In this document: positions 50,704 to 59,916 of the stretch, one piece after another
Numbering within the stretch: the stretch's first letter is position 1
How the letters are laid out: each line of letters starts with the position of its first letter
Source: an uncultured Verrucomicrobiae bacterium
GTDB taxonomy: Bacteria > Verrucomicrobiota > Verrucomicrobiia > Chthoniobacterales > JAFAMB01
Assembly: GCA_963742335.1 (NCBI GenBank)
Contig: CAVULL010000022.1
Location: forward strand, 110,655-174,654
DNA length: 64,000 nucleotides
Reading direction: 5' to 3'
Made by a program: the position numbers and the translations under genes
Notes under the pieces: model-generated
What the model saw: the letters and a program-made list of their open reading frames with translations, nothing else
Databases searched by the model: none
What the model was told of the DNA's origin: nothing

Positions 50704-51001
50704 TAGTGTCCTGTCCCCGAAATACGAGGTATTTTGCCGGAGGTCAGTTGGCTGTTTTTCAAGGCGCGAGCGAAGCGCCCATATCTGAGTCATACGGGTC
50801 GATCCGCCGCGGCGGAGGAAAAACAGCCAACTGGTCCCGGCCCAGAGGGTTGCGATGAAAATGGGCCGGCGGCTGCGTTGCTCGTCGGTCACGTATCGAT
50901 TCAGATATGCTCCCTCCTACCGCCAGTCCGGCTCGGACCGCCTTGCCGGCGGCCCATTTTGATCGCAACAAAATACCTCGTATTTCGGGGACAGGACACT
51001 A
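50704..51001. mobile_element. MITE (298 bp) with perfect 32-bp terminal inverted repeats
   Basis: TAGTGTCCTGTCCCCGAAATACGAGGTATTTT (50704-35) and its exact reverse complement (50970-51001). If the outer TA is treated as a duplication, the ends are GTGTCC.. flanked by TA/TA. An internal 15-bp inverted repeat CAGTTGGCTGTTTTT/AAAAACAGCCAACTG is present. No transposase is encoded. Confidence 0.85.
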
Positions 51002-51080
51002 AATTAGCGAAGGCGTCCCGGCGGTGTCCCGATGATTAGAGCGTGGTTGATGGAAGACCGAGGGCTTCAGGAGACGCTTC

Positions 51081-51386
51081 CTAGTAGTACCGATCGCCCT
51101 GAATGGTGCCAACGCCAACGATTTTGCCTTTCCCATTGACCAGATAAAACTTCCCGTAATCTTCGTCTTCGTCCTTGAAATCAATGGCCCAATAACCTTC
51201 TTCTGCCCGCCACGACACTCGGGTGACCTTCGACAGCGGGTACGGATACTGTTTATTCGCTTGCATGGCGATGGCAACCGCGGTCTCTTTCGGAATTCGC
51301 CCTGGAACATAGGTGTTGTCAGTCGATTCGCAGGCGGCCAGAATGAGAAAACTCAGGAAAAGAGCCCAGTAACGCATGGACCGCAT
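51081..51386 (-). CDS. Small lipoprotein of unknown function
   Basis: Lipobox-type signal 'LSFLILAAC|ES'. The protein is 101 aa. Confidence 0.5.
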   Translation of the reverse strand: MRSMRYWALFLSFLILAACESTDNTYVPGRIPKETAVAIAMQANKQYPYPLSKVTRVSWRAEEGYWAIDFKDEDEDYGKFYLVNGKGKIVGVGTIQGDRYY

Positions 51387-51454
51387 CGTAAGATGTTCAG
51401 CTCAGTTTTCCAGCTTGAAATCGACTCCCTCCCTCAAGAAAGTCCTACCACCCT

Positions 51455-52018
51455 ATGTCCGTCCAGGCATCCCTCAATGACTCCGTTGCCGCCATTCGAA
51501 CAATATTCGATCTCGAGGCTACAGTGGTCCTCGCGGCAGACCTGCTTCGCCAGACCTTGCTTTCCGGTCATAAGGTTCTCATTTGCGGCAACGGAGGCAG
51601 CGCGGCTGACGGCGCTCACCTCGCGGCTGAACTGGCGTGTCGTTTTATCGGTGATCGACGACCTTATCCGGCCCTCGCTCTAACCGGAGACGGTGGCTTA
51701 ATGACCGCCATCGCCAACGATTACTCGTTTGCGGAACTCTTCGCCAGACAGGTCAAGGCCTTGGGATCTCCAGGCGACCTGCTCATCACCCTGACCACCA
51801 GCGGCCAATCCGAGAATATCAGACGGGCCCTCGAACAAGGCAAAGAGATCGGACTTCGCTCGATCGCTCTTCTTGGCCGGGACGGCGGGTTTTGTCGCGG
51901 ATTGGCAGACGTAGAACTGTTAATACCCGGACAGGTCACTGCCCGAATCCAGGAAGCCCACAAGGTCATTATTCACCTGCTTTGTGAGCTTGTGGAACCT
52001 GATTTAGCGAAACAATAA
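51455..52018 (+). CDS. gmhA: D-sedoheptulose-7-phosphate isomerase (SIS domain)
   Basis: 'ICGNGGSAADGAHLAAEL..RRPYPALALTGDGGLMTAIANDYSF..LTTSGQSENI..LLGRDGG'. Confidence 0.8.
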   Translation: MSVQASLNDSVAAIRTIFDLEATVVLAADLLRQTLLSGHKVLICGNGGSAADGAHLAAELACRFIGDRRPYPALALTGDGGLMTAIANDYSFAELFARQVKALGSPGDLLITLTTSGQSENIRRALEQGKEIGLRSIALLGRDGGFCRGLADVELLIPGQVTARIQEAHKVIIHLLCELVEPDLAKQ

Positions 52019-52020
52019 AA

Positions 52021-53106
52021 GTGCCGTTCTTTCAAGTTGCCGCAGGTTTCGGTTTCGGTGCGCTCATCGGATCGTTCCTGAACGTTTGCATCTATCGCAT
52101 TCCGCGAGAGATTTCGATGGTTCGGCCGGCTCGGTCGTTTTGCCCAAATTGCAAATCCTCGATTCCCTGGTACCAGAATATCCCAATTCTCAGCTGGTTT
52201 CTCCTGCGCGGACGATGCGCTTATTGCGGCGCACCATTCACCGCGCGTTACCTGATCGTAGAAGTGCTCACTGCGATATTGTTTGCGGTCGCCACTCTCT
52301 TGGTGCCGGCTCCCAGCCTGTTTCCGGTCTTGGTAATCCTTTCCATCCTGGTAGTGACGACTTTTATCGATCTGGAGTTTTTTATCATCCCCGATGTGAT
52401 GAGCAAAGGCGGGATAGCTGCGGGCCTGGTGTTGAGCCTCCTGGTCCCCGGACTTCAGAAGACGGCCTCTCCTTGGATGGCCCTCCTTCTCTCCCTCTCA
52501 GGGGCGCTCCTCGGTGTGTCCATTCTCTTCCTGATCAGTGAACTTGGAAAACTCGCATTCGGCCGTTACAAGCTCACTCTCGACACCCCGGCTAAATTCA
52601 CCTTTGACAATCAGTCTCCAGACAATCGCCAAATCTTGATTGAGAAGGAGCCCTTTTTATGGAGCGAACATTTTTTCCGCAAGTCCGATCGAATCATCGT
52701 TCACGCGACCGAAGTTGAAATCAACGGAAGCTTGTCTCAGGACATTGATTTAATTTTTTTCCATGACCGCCTGGTCACGGTTCGGGAAACCATATCGCTC
52801 GATGAAATCGCACACCTCGAGGGACTTACCTCTTCCGCACAATTTCCCCGCGAAGCCATGGGTCTGGGCGACGTTAAACTGATCGGAACTATCGGCACAT
52901 TTGTCGGATGGCAAGGGATACTGTTCACAATTGCCGGGGCTTCATTTCTAGGTACAATCTTTGGTCTCACGGCGATCGCCTTGGGAAAAAGTGACCGCTC
53001 CACCAAAATCCCGTTTGGTCCTTATCTCGCCTTGGCCGCGGTTCTCTGGCTCTTTTGGGGCGACGCACTCGTCTCGTTCTACGAGTGGTTAATCTTCCGA
53101 ATTTAA
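52021..53106 (+). CDS. Prepilin (type IV leader) peptidase, A24 family, with a ~100-aa insertion between the catalytic Asp motifs
   Basis: The N-terminal Cys motif is 'CPNCKSSIPWYQNIPILSWFLLRGRCAYCG'. The first Asp box is 'FIDLEFFIIPD' and the second is 'GLGDVKL'. The region 'GRYKLTLDTPAKF..SSAQFPREA' between them is soluble-looking. Confidence 0.8.
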   Translation: MPFFQVAAGFGFGALIGSFLNVCIYRIPREISMVRPARSFCPNCKSSIPWYQNIPILSWFLLRGRCAYCGAPFTARYLIVEVLTAILFAVATLLVPAPSLFPVLVILSILVVTTFIDLEFFIIPDVMSKGGIAAGLVLSLLVPGLQKTASPWMALLLSLSGALLGVSILFLISELGKLAFGRYKLTLDTPAKFTFDNQSPDNRQILIEKEPFLWSEHFFRKSDRIIVHATEVEINGSLSQDIDLIFFHDRLVTVRETISLDEIAHLEGLTSSAQFPREAMGLGDVKLIGTIGTFVGWQGILFTIAGASFLGTIFGLTAIALGKSDRSTKIPFGPYLALAAVLWLFWGDALVSFYEWLIFRI

Positions 53107-53142
53107 CGGTCTGCATCGAGGCCAAATCCAAGCGATCCAGGC

Positions 53143-53883
53143 TCAGGCTTTATTTCCTGATCCGCAAGAGGCCAGCAGCCAGCCTGGCATCCAATGCCCT
53201 CCGTTGCGCAGCTGCCGATCTAATTGGCGATAATTGGGAAGACGGTACGCGACCAATCGCCAAAATCTTGGTGAGTGGTCCAAATGCACCGTGTGACACA
53301 ATTCGTGCACCATCACGTAAGTGACTAACTCTGGCGCCAAAAACAGTAGACGTGCGTTGAGACTGATTAAATGTCGCGAGGAACAACTTCCCCATCGAGA
53401 TCGTTGCTGCCTGATCGATACTGACGAGTAAGGAAGTGCGTTTTCCTCGCTCATTCTATTGAGCCAAGGAACTAAATGGTCTTTTCCTTTGCCGGTTAGC
53501 CAAACTTTTAAGGCGTTCTGGCAGGCCAGGGCATCATCGATCGCGCCCCGCAGAGTAAGGGTTGTCGCCGCTGTCTCTTTCACGACGACTTGTTTCATGC
53601 TTTCCTGGTTGGTCAACACTGCCCAATTCTGGCCAAGCGCTGGAAACGTAATCTGTTTCGGTATCTGCCATGCCGACAGTTGAGGGAAAAACCCTCGGGA
53701 AACTTTTGCTCTTTGGAGAGCCCGTTCGATCCAACGGCTGTTCTCCTCGACCAGCGAAGGCAAGCGGGACGCGCTGAAGCGCTTGGGAACGACGATGACT
53801 AAACCCTCTTCCGCGCTAACCTGAAAGCGTACATGTTTCGCCTTTTCACTGATCCGGAGCAGGTAAGTAAATTTCTGATGCAA
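53143..53883 (-). CDS. YgjP-like (DUF45/M48 superfamily) metal-dependent hydrolase
   Basis: 'YVMVHELCHTVHLDHSPRFW' contains the HExxH motif in DUF45 context. Confidence 0.75.
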   Translation of the reverse strand: MHQKFTYLLRISEKAKHVRFQVSAEEGLVIVVPKRFSASRLPSLVEENSRWIERALQRAKVSRGFFPQLSAWQIPKQITFPALGQNWAVLTNQESMKQVVVKETAATTLTLRGAIDDALACQNALKVWLTGKGKDHLVPWLNRMSEENALPYSSVSIRQQRSRWGSCSSRHLISLNARLLFLAPELVTYVMVHELCHTVHLDHSPRFWRLVAYRLPNYRQLDRQLRNGGHWMPGWLLASCGSGNKA

Positions 53884-53891
53884 AGGTCAGT

Positions 53892-54689
53892 TCAGGTGAT
53901 TGATAAAATCCACTCGTGGGCTGGATCGTTATGGAAATGCCAAACGCGCTTGGGACCCGCCATGACATTGAAGTAGTAAGATTCGTATCCGTGAGGAACG
54001 ACGACCGGATGGTAGCCTCGAGGCACAAGGACAACATTTCGATTCTCGATCGCCATCGCTTGATCAAGGTCCCGTGAGTCGGTGTACACCCGTTGGAAGA
54101 CAAAGCCTTGCGAGGGGTTGATGCGATGGTAGTAGGTTTCCTCCAGCTGGCTTTCGATCGGCACGTTGTCAACATCGTGTTTGTGGGGAGGATAACTCGA
54201 CGAATTTCCGCTTGGAGTCCTGACCTCGACGACCAGAACGGATTCGGCAGGTGCATCCTGGGGCAGGATGTCGCAGACGTAACGGATATTGGCCCCTTTT
54301 CCGCGAATGCTCCGGCGCATCGAAGCAGGCTCGATGAGCCGCGCAGGTAGCTCACCCTTTGCGGGAGCACGAGCCACCGCCAGCTCCGTACCGGTCTTGG
54401 CCATCACCGTGAGCTCGTCACGCGGGGGCAGGTAAACCGCATAGGGGGAAACGTCATCAAAAACGCTCATCCGTCCGCCGATCTCATTCCAAGTGAAGTT
54501 TCGGGTCTGTGCAGAGACGATCCCGCTCAGGACAACCAGGCAAAGCTCGTTGGCCTCGTCGGAAAAGCTCACAGTCTCTCCAGGAGCCAAGATAGAGGCT
54601 GAAAAACTGACATATCGCCAACCGGCTGATTTCGGCGTTACCGCGACGATTTCCCCCGAGTCTTTTTTGGGTTTAACAAGCAGATTCAT
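53892..54689 (-). CDS. iolB: 5-deoxy-glucuronate isomerase
   Basis: 'SSSYPPHKHD..EETYYHR..VPRGYHPVVVPHGYESYYFNVMAGP' is characteristic of IolB. No other iol genes are nearby. Confidence 0.8.
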   Translation of the reverse strand: MNLLVKPKKDSGEIVAVTPKSAGWRYVSFSASILAPGETVSFSDEANELCLVVLSGIVSAQTRNFTWNEIGGRMSVFDDVSPYAVYLPPRDELTVMAKTGTELAVARAPAKGELPARLIEPASMRRSIRGKGANIRYVCDILPQDAPAESVLVVEVRTPSGNSSSYPPHKHDVDNVPIESQLEETYYHRINPSQGFVFQRVYTDSRDLDQAMAIENRNVVLVPRGYHPVVVPHGYESYYFNVMAGPKRVWHFHNDPAHEWILSIT

Positions 54690-54798
54690 GCATTTTATCC
54701 TTAACTAGCGCTTCCGTCCGGCCCTCCTCTTCTGATCTCCGCGCTCGGCACGAACAACACTGAAAGCATATCTAGCGCGATTCGAGGTCTGTTGCCAT

Positions 54799-55218
54799 GG
54801 CGTTCGGCGTTCGCGTTCGCGTTCGGCGTTCAGCGTTCGGCGTCAGCGTTCAGCGTTCGGCGTTCAGCGTTCGGCGTTCACGGCGTTCGGCGTCACGTTC
54901 GGCGTTCGGCGTTCAGCGTTCAGCGTTCGGCGTTCGCGTTCAGCGTCGCGCACAGGGCGCAGTCAGGACACGGTAACACTTATGGGTCAGGGCATCGGTA
55001 ACACTGCTACTGTTGTAGTTGATGGTTTGATTGTGTCATCTGCGAAGTGATATCGGGCAACCAATTGGCGCCCAGACTTATCCATAATCGCTGTAAAAGC
55101 ATAGGAATACTGCCCGCGATTATGATTACGCGCACCATCCCCGGCTTGCTCCGCCGAACGGCGAACGCCAACTGCGCCCAGCAAACGGTGAACGCCGAAC
55201 GGTGAACGGTGAACGGTG
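54799..55218. repeat. Inverted heptamer-array element: ~150-bp GCGTTC(G/A) array, ~200-bp unique core, ~68-bp complementary array
   Basis: 54799-54947 holds about 20 tandem units of GCGTTCG/GCGTTCA with occasional 6-mers. 55151-55218 contains GAACGG(T/C)-type units, which is the reverse-complement sense. The core contains the direct repeat GTCAGGACACGGTAACACT / GTCAGGGCATCGGTAACACT. Confidence 0.85.
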
Positions 55219-55229
55219 GTGCAAGACCT

Positions 55230-55740
55230 CAAAAAGCCGTGTTTCAGTTCGATGCTGATGTTCTGTGAGCCAGGCCAGATTAGAATAAAGGTCATCCTCA
55301 TTGAAAGCATCCAACTTTAGCAAATCGCAGCAGGCATGGGTTTGAGCCAGGCGCACCGCACTGAGGCGCGAGCCCTGATCAATGACTCGGGCGATGACTT
55401 GCCAGAGAGCCAGCTTGCCTTCCCGGTCTGTTCCCAACGCCTGAACCAGGCCAAGTTCCCGGGCCAGGGCCTCCAGGACTGCGACCGCGCCGATGCTTAA
55501 GCCCTGTCGCAGAGTGAAATTGGGGTTGAGTTGAGCATTTTCCCGAAACGCGGCGAAGTCGTGTTTGTGCTGCAAGGCGAGTTTGATCGCCGCGATTTCC
55601 TGATCTGAACACTTGGAGAGATTGGCAATGGTGCGGTGCTTAACCTTGCCATCCTCGCGATAGGATTCGCGCAGCAGAACACGTATATAGACCTTATTGC
55701 CAGAGCGGATTTTACAGGTGTCGAGATACATTGTGTGCAC
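55230..55740 (-). pseudogene. IS1634-family transposase, N-terminal ~170 aa only
   Basis: 'VLLRESYREDGKVKHRTIANLSKCSDQEIAAIKLAL' is the conserved IS1634 N-terminal block. The ORF runs straight into the heptamer array, and the DDE domain is absent. Confidence 0.7.
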
Positions 55741-55836
55741 TCATAGTAATCGCCTATCATATTTAAATTGAATGACTTACATCATTTTGCTAAAGGAACA
55801 TCCGATGGAAAGAAGAAAAGAAAGAAATTCCGAAAT

Positions 55837-56892
55837 ATGAAAAAGGCTTTGGTAGCAGGAGCGCTGGGGGTCACGGGGCGAACACTGGTTAGTTATCTCG
55901 CCTCGCTCGGCAACTGGGAAGTAATTGGGCTGTCTCGGCGGAGCCCGGAATTTCAATCCACGGCTCAATATATTGCAATAGATCTCTTAAATCGATCGGA
56001 GGTGGAAACCCAGCTGGGCGGCATCAGCGACATTACTCACATTTTTTACGCCGCACTCCAACCGTCAGCCGATTTCTTCGGAGAGGTGGCGCCTAACTTG
56101 GCCATGCTTACTAACATTGTCGAAGTAGTGGAGCGGTCCTCAAAGACATTTCGAAAGGTCGTATTGATCGAAGGGGCCAAATTCTACGGCGCGCATCTGG
56201 GTCCGTACAAGACACCGGCAAAAGAGACGGATGCCCGCCATATGCCTCCAAATTTTTATTATGATCAAGAGGATTACCTGAAGGAACGCTCCTTGGGAAA
56301 GGCTTGGTCATGGACCGCACTGAGGCCATCGTCCATCTGCGGTTTTGCGGTTGGGAACCCCATGAACATGGCCACGGTCATCGCCGTTTACGCTACTCTT
56401 TGCCAGGAAATGGGCTTGCCGCTCCGTTTTCCTGGATCAATTGCTGCATATCACGCTTTGATGGAGATGACAGACGCTGAACTTCTGGCCAAAGCCATCG
56501 TTTGGGCGGGTGAAAATGACAGATGTGACGGGCACGCATTTAACATCACGAACGGAGACTTCAATCGTTGGGAGAACATCTGGCCGCGCTTGACCGAGTT
56601 TTTCAAGATGGAGTACGGGCCACCTCAACATTTTCCTCTCGCGCTGTTTATGTCAGACAAAGAACCCCTCTGGAATAAAATGGTGAAGAAATATAACCTT
56701 CTCGATTACTCATTTCGAGAGGCCGCCTCGTGGCCGTTTGGAGAAGCGATTTTTAATCTCGGATACGACGTCATGGCCGATACCACCAAATGCCGGCGTT
56801 TCGGGTTCTATGAGTGGGTTGACACGGAAGAAATGCTGCTCCGCCTCTGTGCTCAGTTTCAGAAAATGCGATTCATTCCGGTTCGAGACTGA
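55837..56892 (+). CDS. SDR-family NAD(P)-dependent oxidoreductase (extended/atypical SDR, enone-reductase-like)
   Basis: Rossmann motif 'ALVAGALGVTGRTLV'. The protein is ~350 aa and the ATG lies at 55837. Confidence 0.7.
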   Translation: MKKALVAGALGVTGRTLVSYLASLGNWEVIGLSRRSPEFQSTAQYIAIDLLNRSEVETQLGGISDITHIFYAALQPSADFFGEVAPNLAMLTNIVEVVERSSKTFRKVVLIEGAKFYGAHLGPYKTPAKETDARHMPPNFYYDQEDYLKERSLGKAWSWTALRPSSICGFAVGNPMNMATVIAVYATLCQEMGLPLRFPGSIAAYHALMEMTDAELLAKAIVWAGENDRCDGHAFNITNGDFNRWENIWPRLTEFFKMEYGPPQHFPLALFMSDKEPLWNKMVKKYNLLDYSFREAASWPFGEAIFNLGYDVMADTTKCRRFGFYEWVDTEEMLLRLCAQFQKMRFIPVRD

Positions 56893-56989
56893 TCTTGGCC
56901 GATGGATTTGACTAATTTCCGTAACAGCCATAACCTGTTCCACCCTGCCCCTGCGCTTCGCCGGTGAGGGTTTCCGATGAAATAATCAA

Positions 56990-57427
56990 ATGACAATTCA
57001 AACTGCCATTGGCGACCGCCGGCATCAGATTCTGAAACCAACTACTTTCCTCCTTGTTCTGATAGCGGCATTTTTTTCGATGGGTGCTCTCCGCAGCGCA
57101 CACGCTCAGGGTCGGGGTGAATATATCGAATCTTACACTGCCCGCCTGAGCCCTCGCGACCATTACAATAGCAACGGGGAACGCCTTGGGAGCGCCGCCG
57201 CGATTATTCGCCAGGACCGCGCCAACTACTACGTTTACGGACTTCGTGATAGCGAGGACCAACCCGACTCCTATTTCAGCAGCAAAAGAAATCGGGCTCG
57301 CCTTGAGGAAATGCTGGAGAATGGTCAAGCAACGCCAGGTGCTATCGAGATGATCGTTAACGGAACGCCGCTCATCCGAGTCGACATTTATTCCAATAGC
57401 ATCAGCATAGCGATCACCTCGGATTAG
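56990..57427 (+). CDS. Hypothetical secreted protein
   Basis: Signal-like 'FLLVLIAAFFSMGALRSAHAQ'. No family was recognised. Confidence 0.4.
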   Translation: MTIQTAIGDRRHQILKPTTFLLVLIAAFFSMGALRSAHAQGRGEYIESYTARLSPRDHYNSNGERLGSAAAIIRQDRANYYVYGLRDSEDQPDSYFSSKRNRARLEEMLENGQATPGAIEMIVNGTPLIRVDIYSNSISIAITSD

Positions 57428-57448
57428 AATTTCGACGGCTTTGCCTCG

Positions 57449-58243
57449 ATGCAAAAAGGTTCTCTACTCTGCTGTTTGCTTATCATTCTCTGTCTCGAGT
57501 TGGGCGTTCAACCTGCCGAGACCGGCAGCATCTCGTCCAAAGCGGAATCGTTCCTTCGAGCCTATCCCAGTTTCTTTTCTGGCTATAAGGACAATACACT
57601 TCTTTTCCGCGACGGCGGCGCGATTCTTTTTGACGACGGTCGGTCGAAGACACACGAAGAGCTCCTTTCCAGTCCGGATCCGGAGGACGAACTCAACCAA
57701 TACTATCCCACCGGTCCCCAATCTTATTCAGCGCCGGCGGTTAACTTTGACCCAGGTCGTTATCGGTGTGCCGCCTTGTTCAAGAAAATGTACGGCGAGA
57801 ACGCGAAACAGGTTGAGTCGCGGCTTACCTCGATTCCCTGGCTGCCTCATTCCACTCACACCGTTGTTCGCATCACCCGGGTCAATGGAGTCGACCGACA
57901 ACTTGAGGCAGTATCGGCAGAACTTGATCAACTCCCACCTGAGGATAAGAAGTACGTTCTCAAAACTGGGGGCACCTTTAACTGGCGGCCGATCGCCGGG
58001 TCCGAGCAGCTGAGCGCACATTCCTTTGGGATCGCTATTGATATAGATCCTGACTACTCCGACTATTGGCGTTGGAATGCCGCCGGCGATAACGAAAAAC
58101 TAATTCCTTACCGGAACCGGATTCCGCACCGGATCGTGGAGATCTTCGAACGTCACGGTTTCATCTGGGGCGGCAAATGGTATCACTACGACACGATGCA
58201 CTTTGAGTACCGTCCGGAGCTTTTGCCGCAGGTGCCAAAGTAA
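57449..58243 (+). CDS. M15-family D-Ala-D-Ala carboxypeptidase-like metallopeptidase
   Basis: A signal peptide is present. 'SAHSFGIAIDI' and 'GFIWGGKW..DTMHFEY' form the H-x-D...H zinc ligand pattern of the M15/VanY-like fold. Confidence 0.75.
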   Translation: MQKGSLLCCLLIILCLELGVQPAETGSISSKAESFLRAYPSFFSGYKDNTLLFRDGGAILFDDGRSKTHEELLSSPDPEDELNQYYPTGPQSYSAPAVNFDPGRYRCAALFKKMYGENAKQVESRLTSIPWLPHSTHTVVRITRVNGVDRQLEAVSAELDQLPPEDKKYVLKTGGTFNWRPIAGSEQLSAHSFGIAIDIDPDYSDYWRWNAAGDNEKLIPYRNRIPHRIVEIFERHGFIWGGKWYHYDTMHFEYRPELLPQVPK

Positions 58244-58262
58244 CGCACAATTAAGACGTGAG

Positions 58263-59138
58263 TTACGATGTCCGGATGATATGGCGGACATAGTCGGGCG
58301 ACGACCCCGAAAACGGCAACGAGGTGTTGCCGTCGTTTGGCAGGATCGGCGGAATTACCTGCAAATAGTGAACCGGCAAGTTGTGACGCATCCAGTGTGC
58401 GAATGTGTCGGGCGCGGCGGAGGACATAAAAAGCCTCAACCACTCCGCGACGGAGTCATTATTTTCGGCAACCATGTCGATGAAGCTGCCACCTTTGACC
58501 ACCATAATGCGGAACCCGACGCGGCCGCTGGGCACCGAGGCGACCACGGCGGTCGATGTAAATAGGCGCTGCCAGTGGTCGAATCGCGCGCTGCTCACGA
58601 TCTTGGGCGTCACCGCGCCAAAGGTCGACAGCACGTCCGGACCGCCAACTTCCACTGCGCCAAGGAAATCCTTCAAGGCCACCAAATTCTCCGACACGCG
58701 GCCGATCGTGCAGCCGCGGAATTCCGCCACACCAAGGCCGACGCCCCGCACCTGATTCATCTTATCGATGAGTGTGGTTGCCTGCGCCTCGGTCGTGAAG
58801 ATCTGCTTGGCGATCTGGGCTGTAGAGAGTGAAGTGTCCATCAAGGTCCTGAGCACCGCAGAGCGGGAATCCGTCCGGTGCCCCGGGAACAGGCGCATCG
58901 TCATGCCGCGCTCGTTTCCGTGGCTTACGATGACCAGATCGGGTCCCTGGAAATCGCGTTGCGCACCGAAGGCGTCAATGATGGCCTGCAGCATTGTGTC
59001 GAGGCTGGTGCGGGGAATATGGCTCGGACTGTCTACCGCAATGCCCATTCGCGCGCTGACTGGTTCGGTCCCAAAGCGATGGTAATAGGCTCGCGCAAGA
59101 CGGCCGTACGCGTCGTCGATGATCAGCCCCTTAGCCAT
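58263..59138 (-). CDS. Hypothetical protein (291 aa)
   Basis: A long ORF with balanced composition. No motif was recognised. Confidence 0.45.
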   Translation of the reverse strand: MAKGLIIDDAYGRLARAYYHRFGTEPVSARMGIAVDSPSHIPRTSLDTMLQAIIDAFGAQRDFQGPDLVIVSHGNERGMTMRLFPGHRTDSRSAVLRTLMDTSLSTAQIAKQIFTTEAQATTLIDKMNQVRGVGLGVAEFRGCTIGRVSENLVALKDFLGAVEVGGPDVLSTFGAVTPKIVSSARFDHWQRLFTSTAVVASVPSGRVGFRIMVVKGGSFIDMVAENNDSVAEWLRLFMSSAAPDTFAHWMRHNLPVHYLQVIPPILPNDGNTSLPFSGSSPDYVRHIIRTS

Positions 59139-59463
59139 GCCGGTAACCTCGGAAAATTTGGATGCGCCCGCTGTTCATCAGGACCCGACAGCAGCCGGCC
59201 ACCACTGTCTCATCCCATTTGTCGCGGGGCTTCGGTGATTCGAGAGGATCGGACATTTTTCGTTCCTTGGAATGCTTGGATGGGAAATGGTATTTCGGGG
59301 GTGTCAGGCGCGCATTCTGAGTCGTTTTCAGCGAGCGCTTTCGCGGCGGAAGAGTATTGAATCAGCTTATATCCGGTCCAAGTACCAATCACAATCACCC
59401 GAAGGGATTATTTCGATCGCGTCGGCCAACTGACATTGCTGACGACCTATACTACAGTCGAAA

Positions 59464-59871
59464 ATGGCTAGCGAAAGAGTTCTTGCATTGGCCTCCGATT
59501 TGACGCGCGTTGCTCCGCGCAGCGCCCGGACACCTCTGGGACCATACGGTGCGATTGCTGCGCGGGCGCTCGACAAGTGCCGTGCGGAAATTGCCGGTCA
59601 GGCCGGATCCTATCATTATAATTGCCCGCTCGACCGCGTGTTTTTCAATTTCAGCGGAATTGACGCCGGTGAATTTAAAATGTTCGTCGAAACGGGCGCA
59701 GACGATCAGGAAGTCGCAGATTGGATCACCAAAAAATCGCGGGTGCATGACTCCAAGCTGATCTCGCGTTGGAACCTACGGCTTCGACTAAATCCAATGA
59801 ACTGGCTGCTGGACTTCGACGACTGGCTGCATGTCCGCCGAAATGGCAAGGTGAAAAACCCAAATGGTTGA
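59464..59871 (+). CDS. DUF5069-family protein
   Basis: 'PRSARTPLGPYG..ARALDKCRAEIAGQAGSYHYNCPLDRVFFNFSGIDAGEF' matches the DUF5069 pattern as I recall it. Confidence 0.55.
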   Translation: MASERVLALASDLTRVAPRSARTPLGPYGAIAARALDKCRAEIAGQAGSYHYNCPLDRVFFNFSGIDAGEFKMFVETGADDQEVADWITKKSRVHDSKLISRWNLRLRLNPMNWLLDFDDWLHVRRNGKVKNPNG

Positions 59872-59916
59872 AAGAGTTTTTCAGGCAGGTTGGCAGCGCC
59901 GGTGTCCATGCGTCGA

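Noticed and set aside
54799-54947. Possible CRISPR array
   Set aside because: The repeat period is 6-7 nt with no spacers, there are no cas genes, and a complementary array lies 200 bp away. It is a tandem-repeat hairpin element, not a CRISPR array.
54792-55001. 69-aa ORF 'MPWRSAFAFAFGVQRSASAFSVRRSAFGV..'
   Set aside because: It is simply the translation of the GCGTTC(G/A) heptamer array. Its periodic sequence is produced by the repeat and does not indicate a gene.
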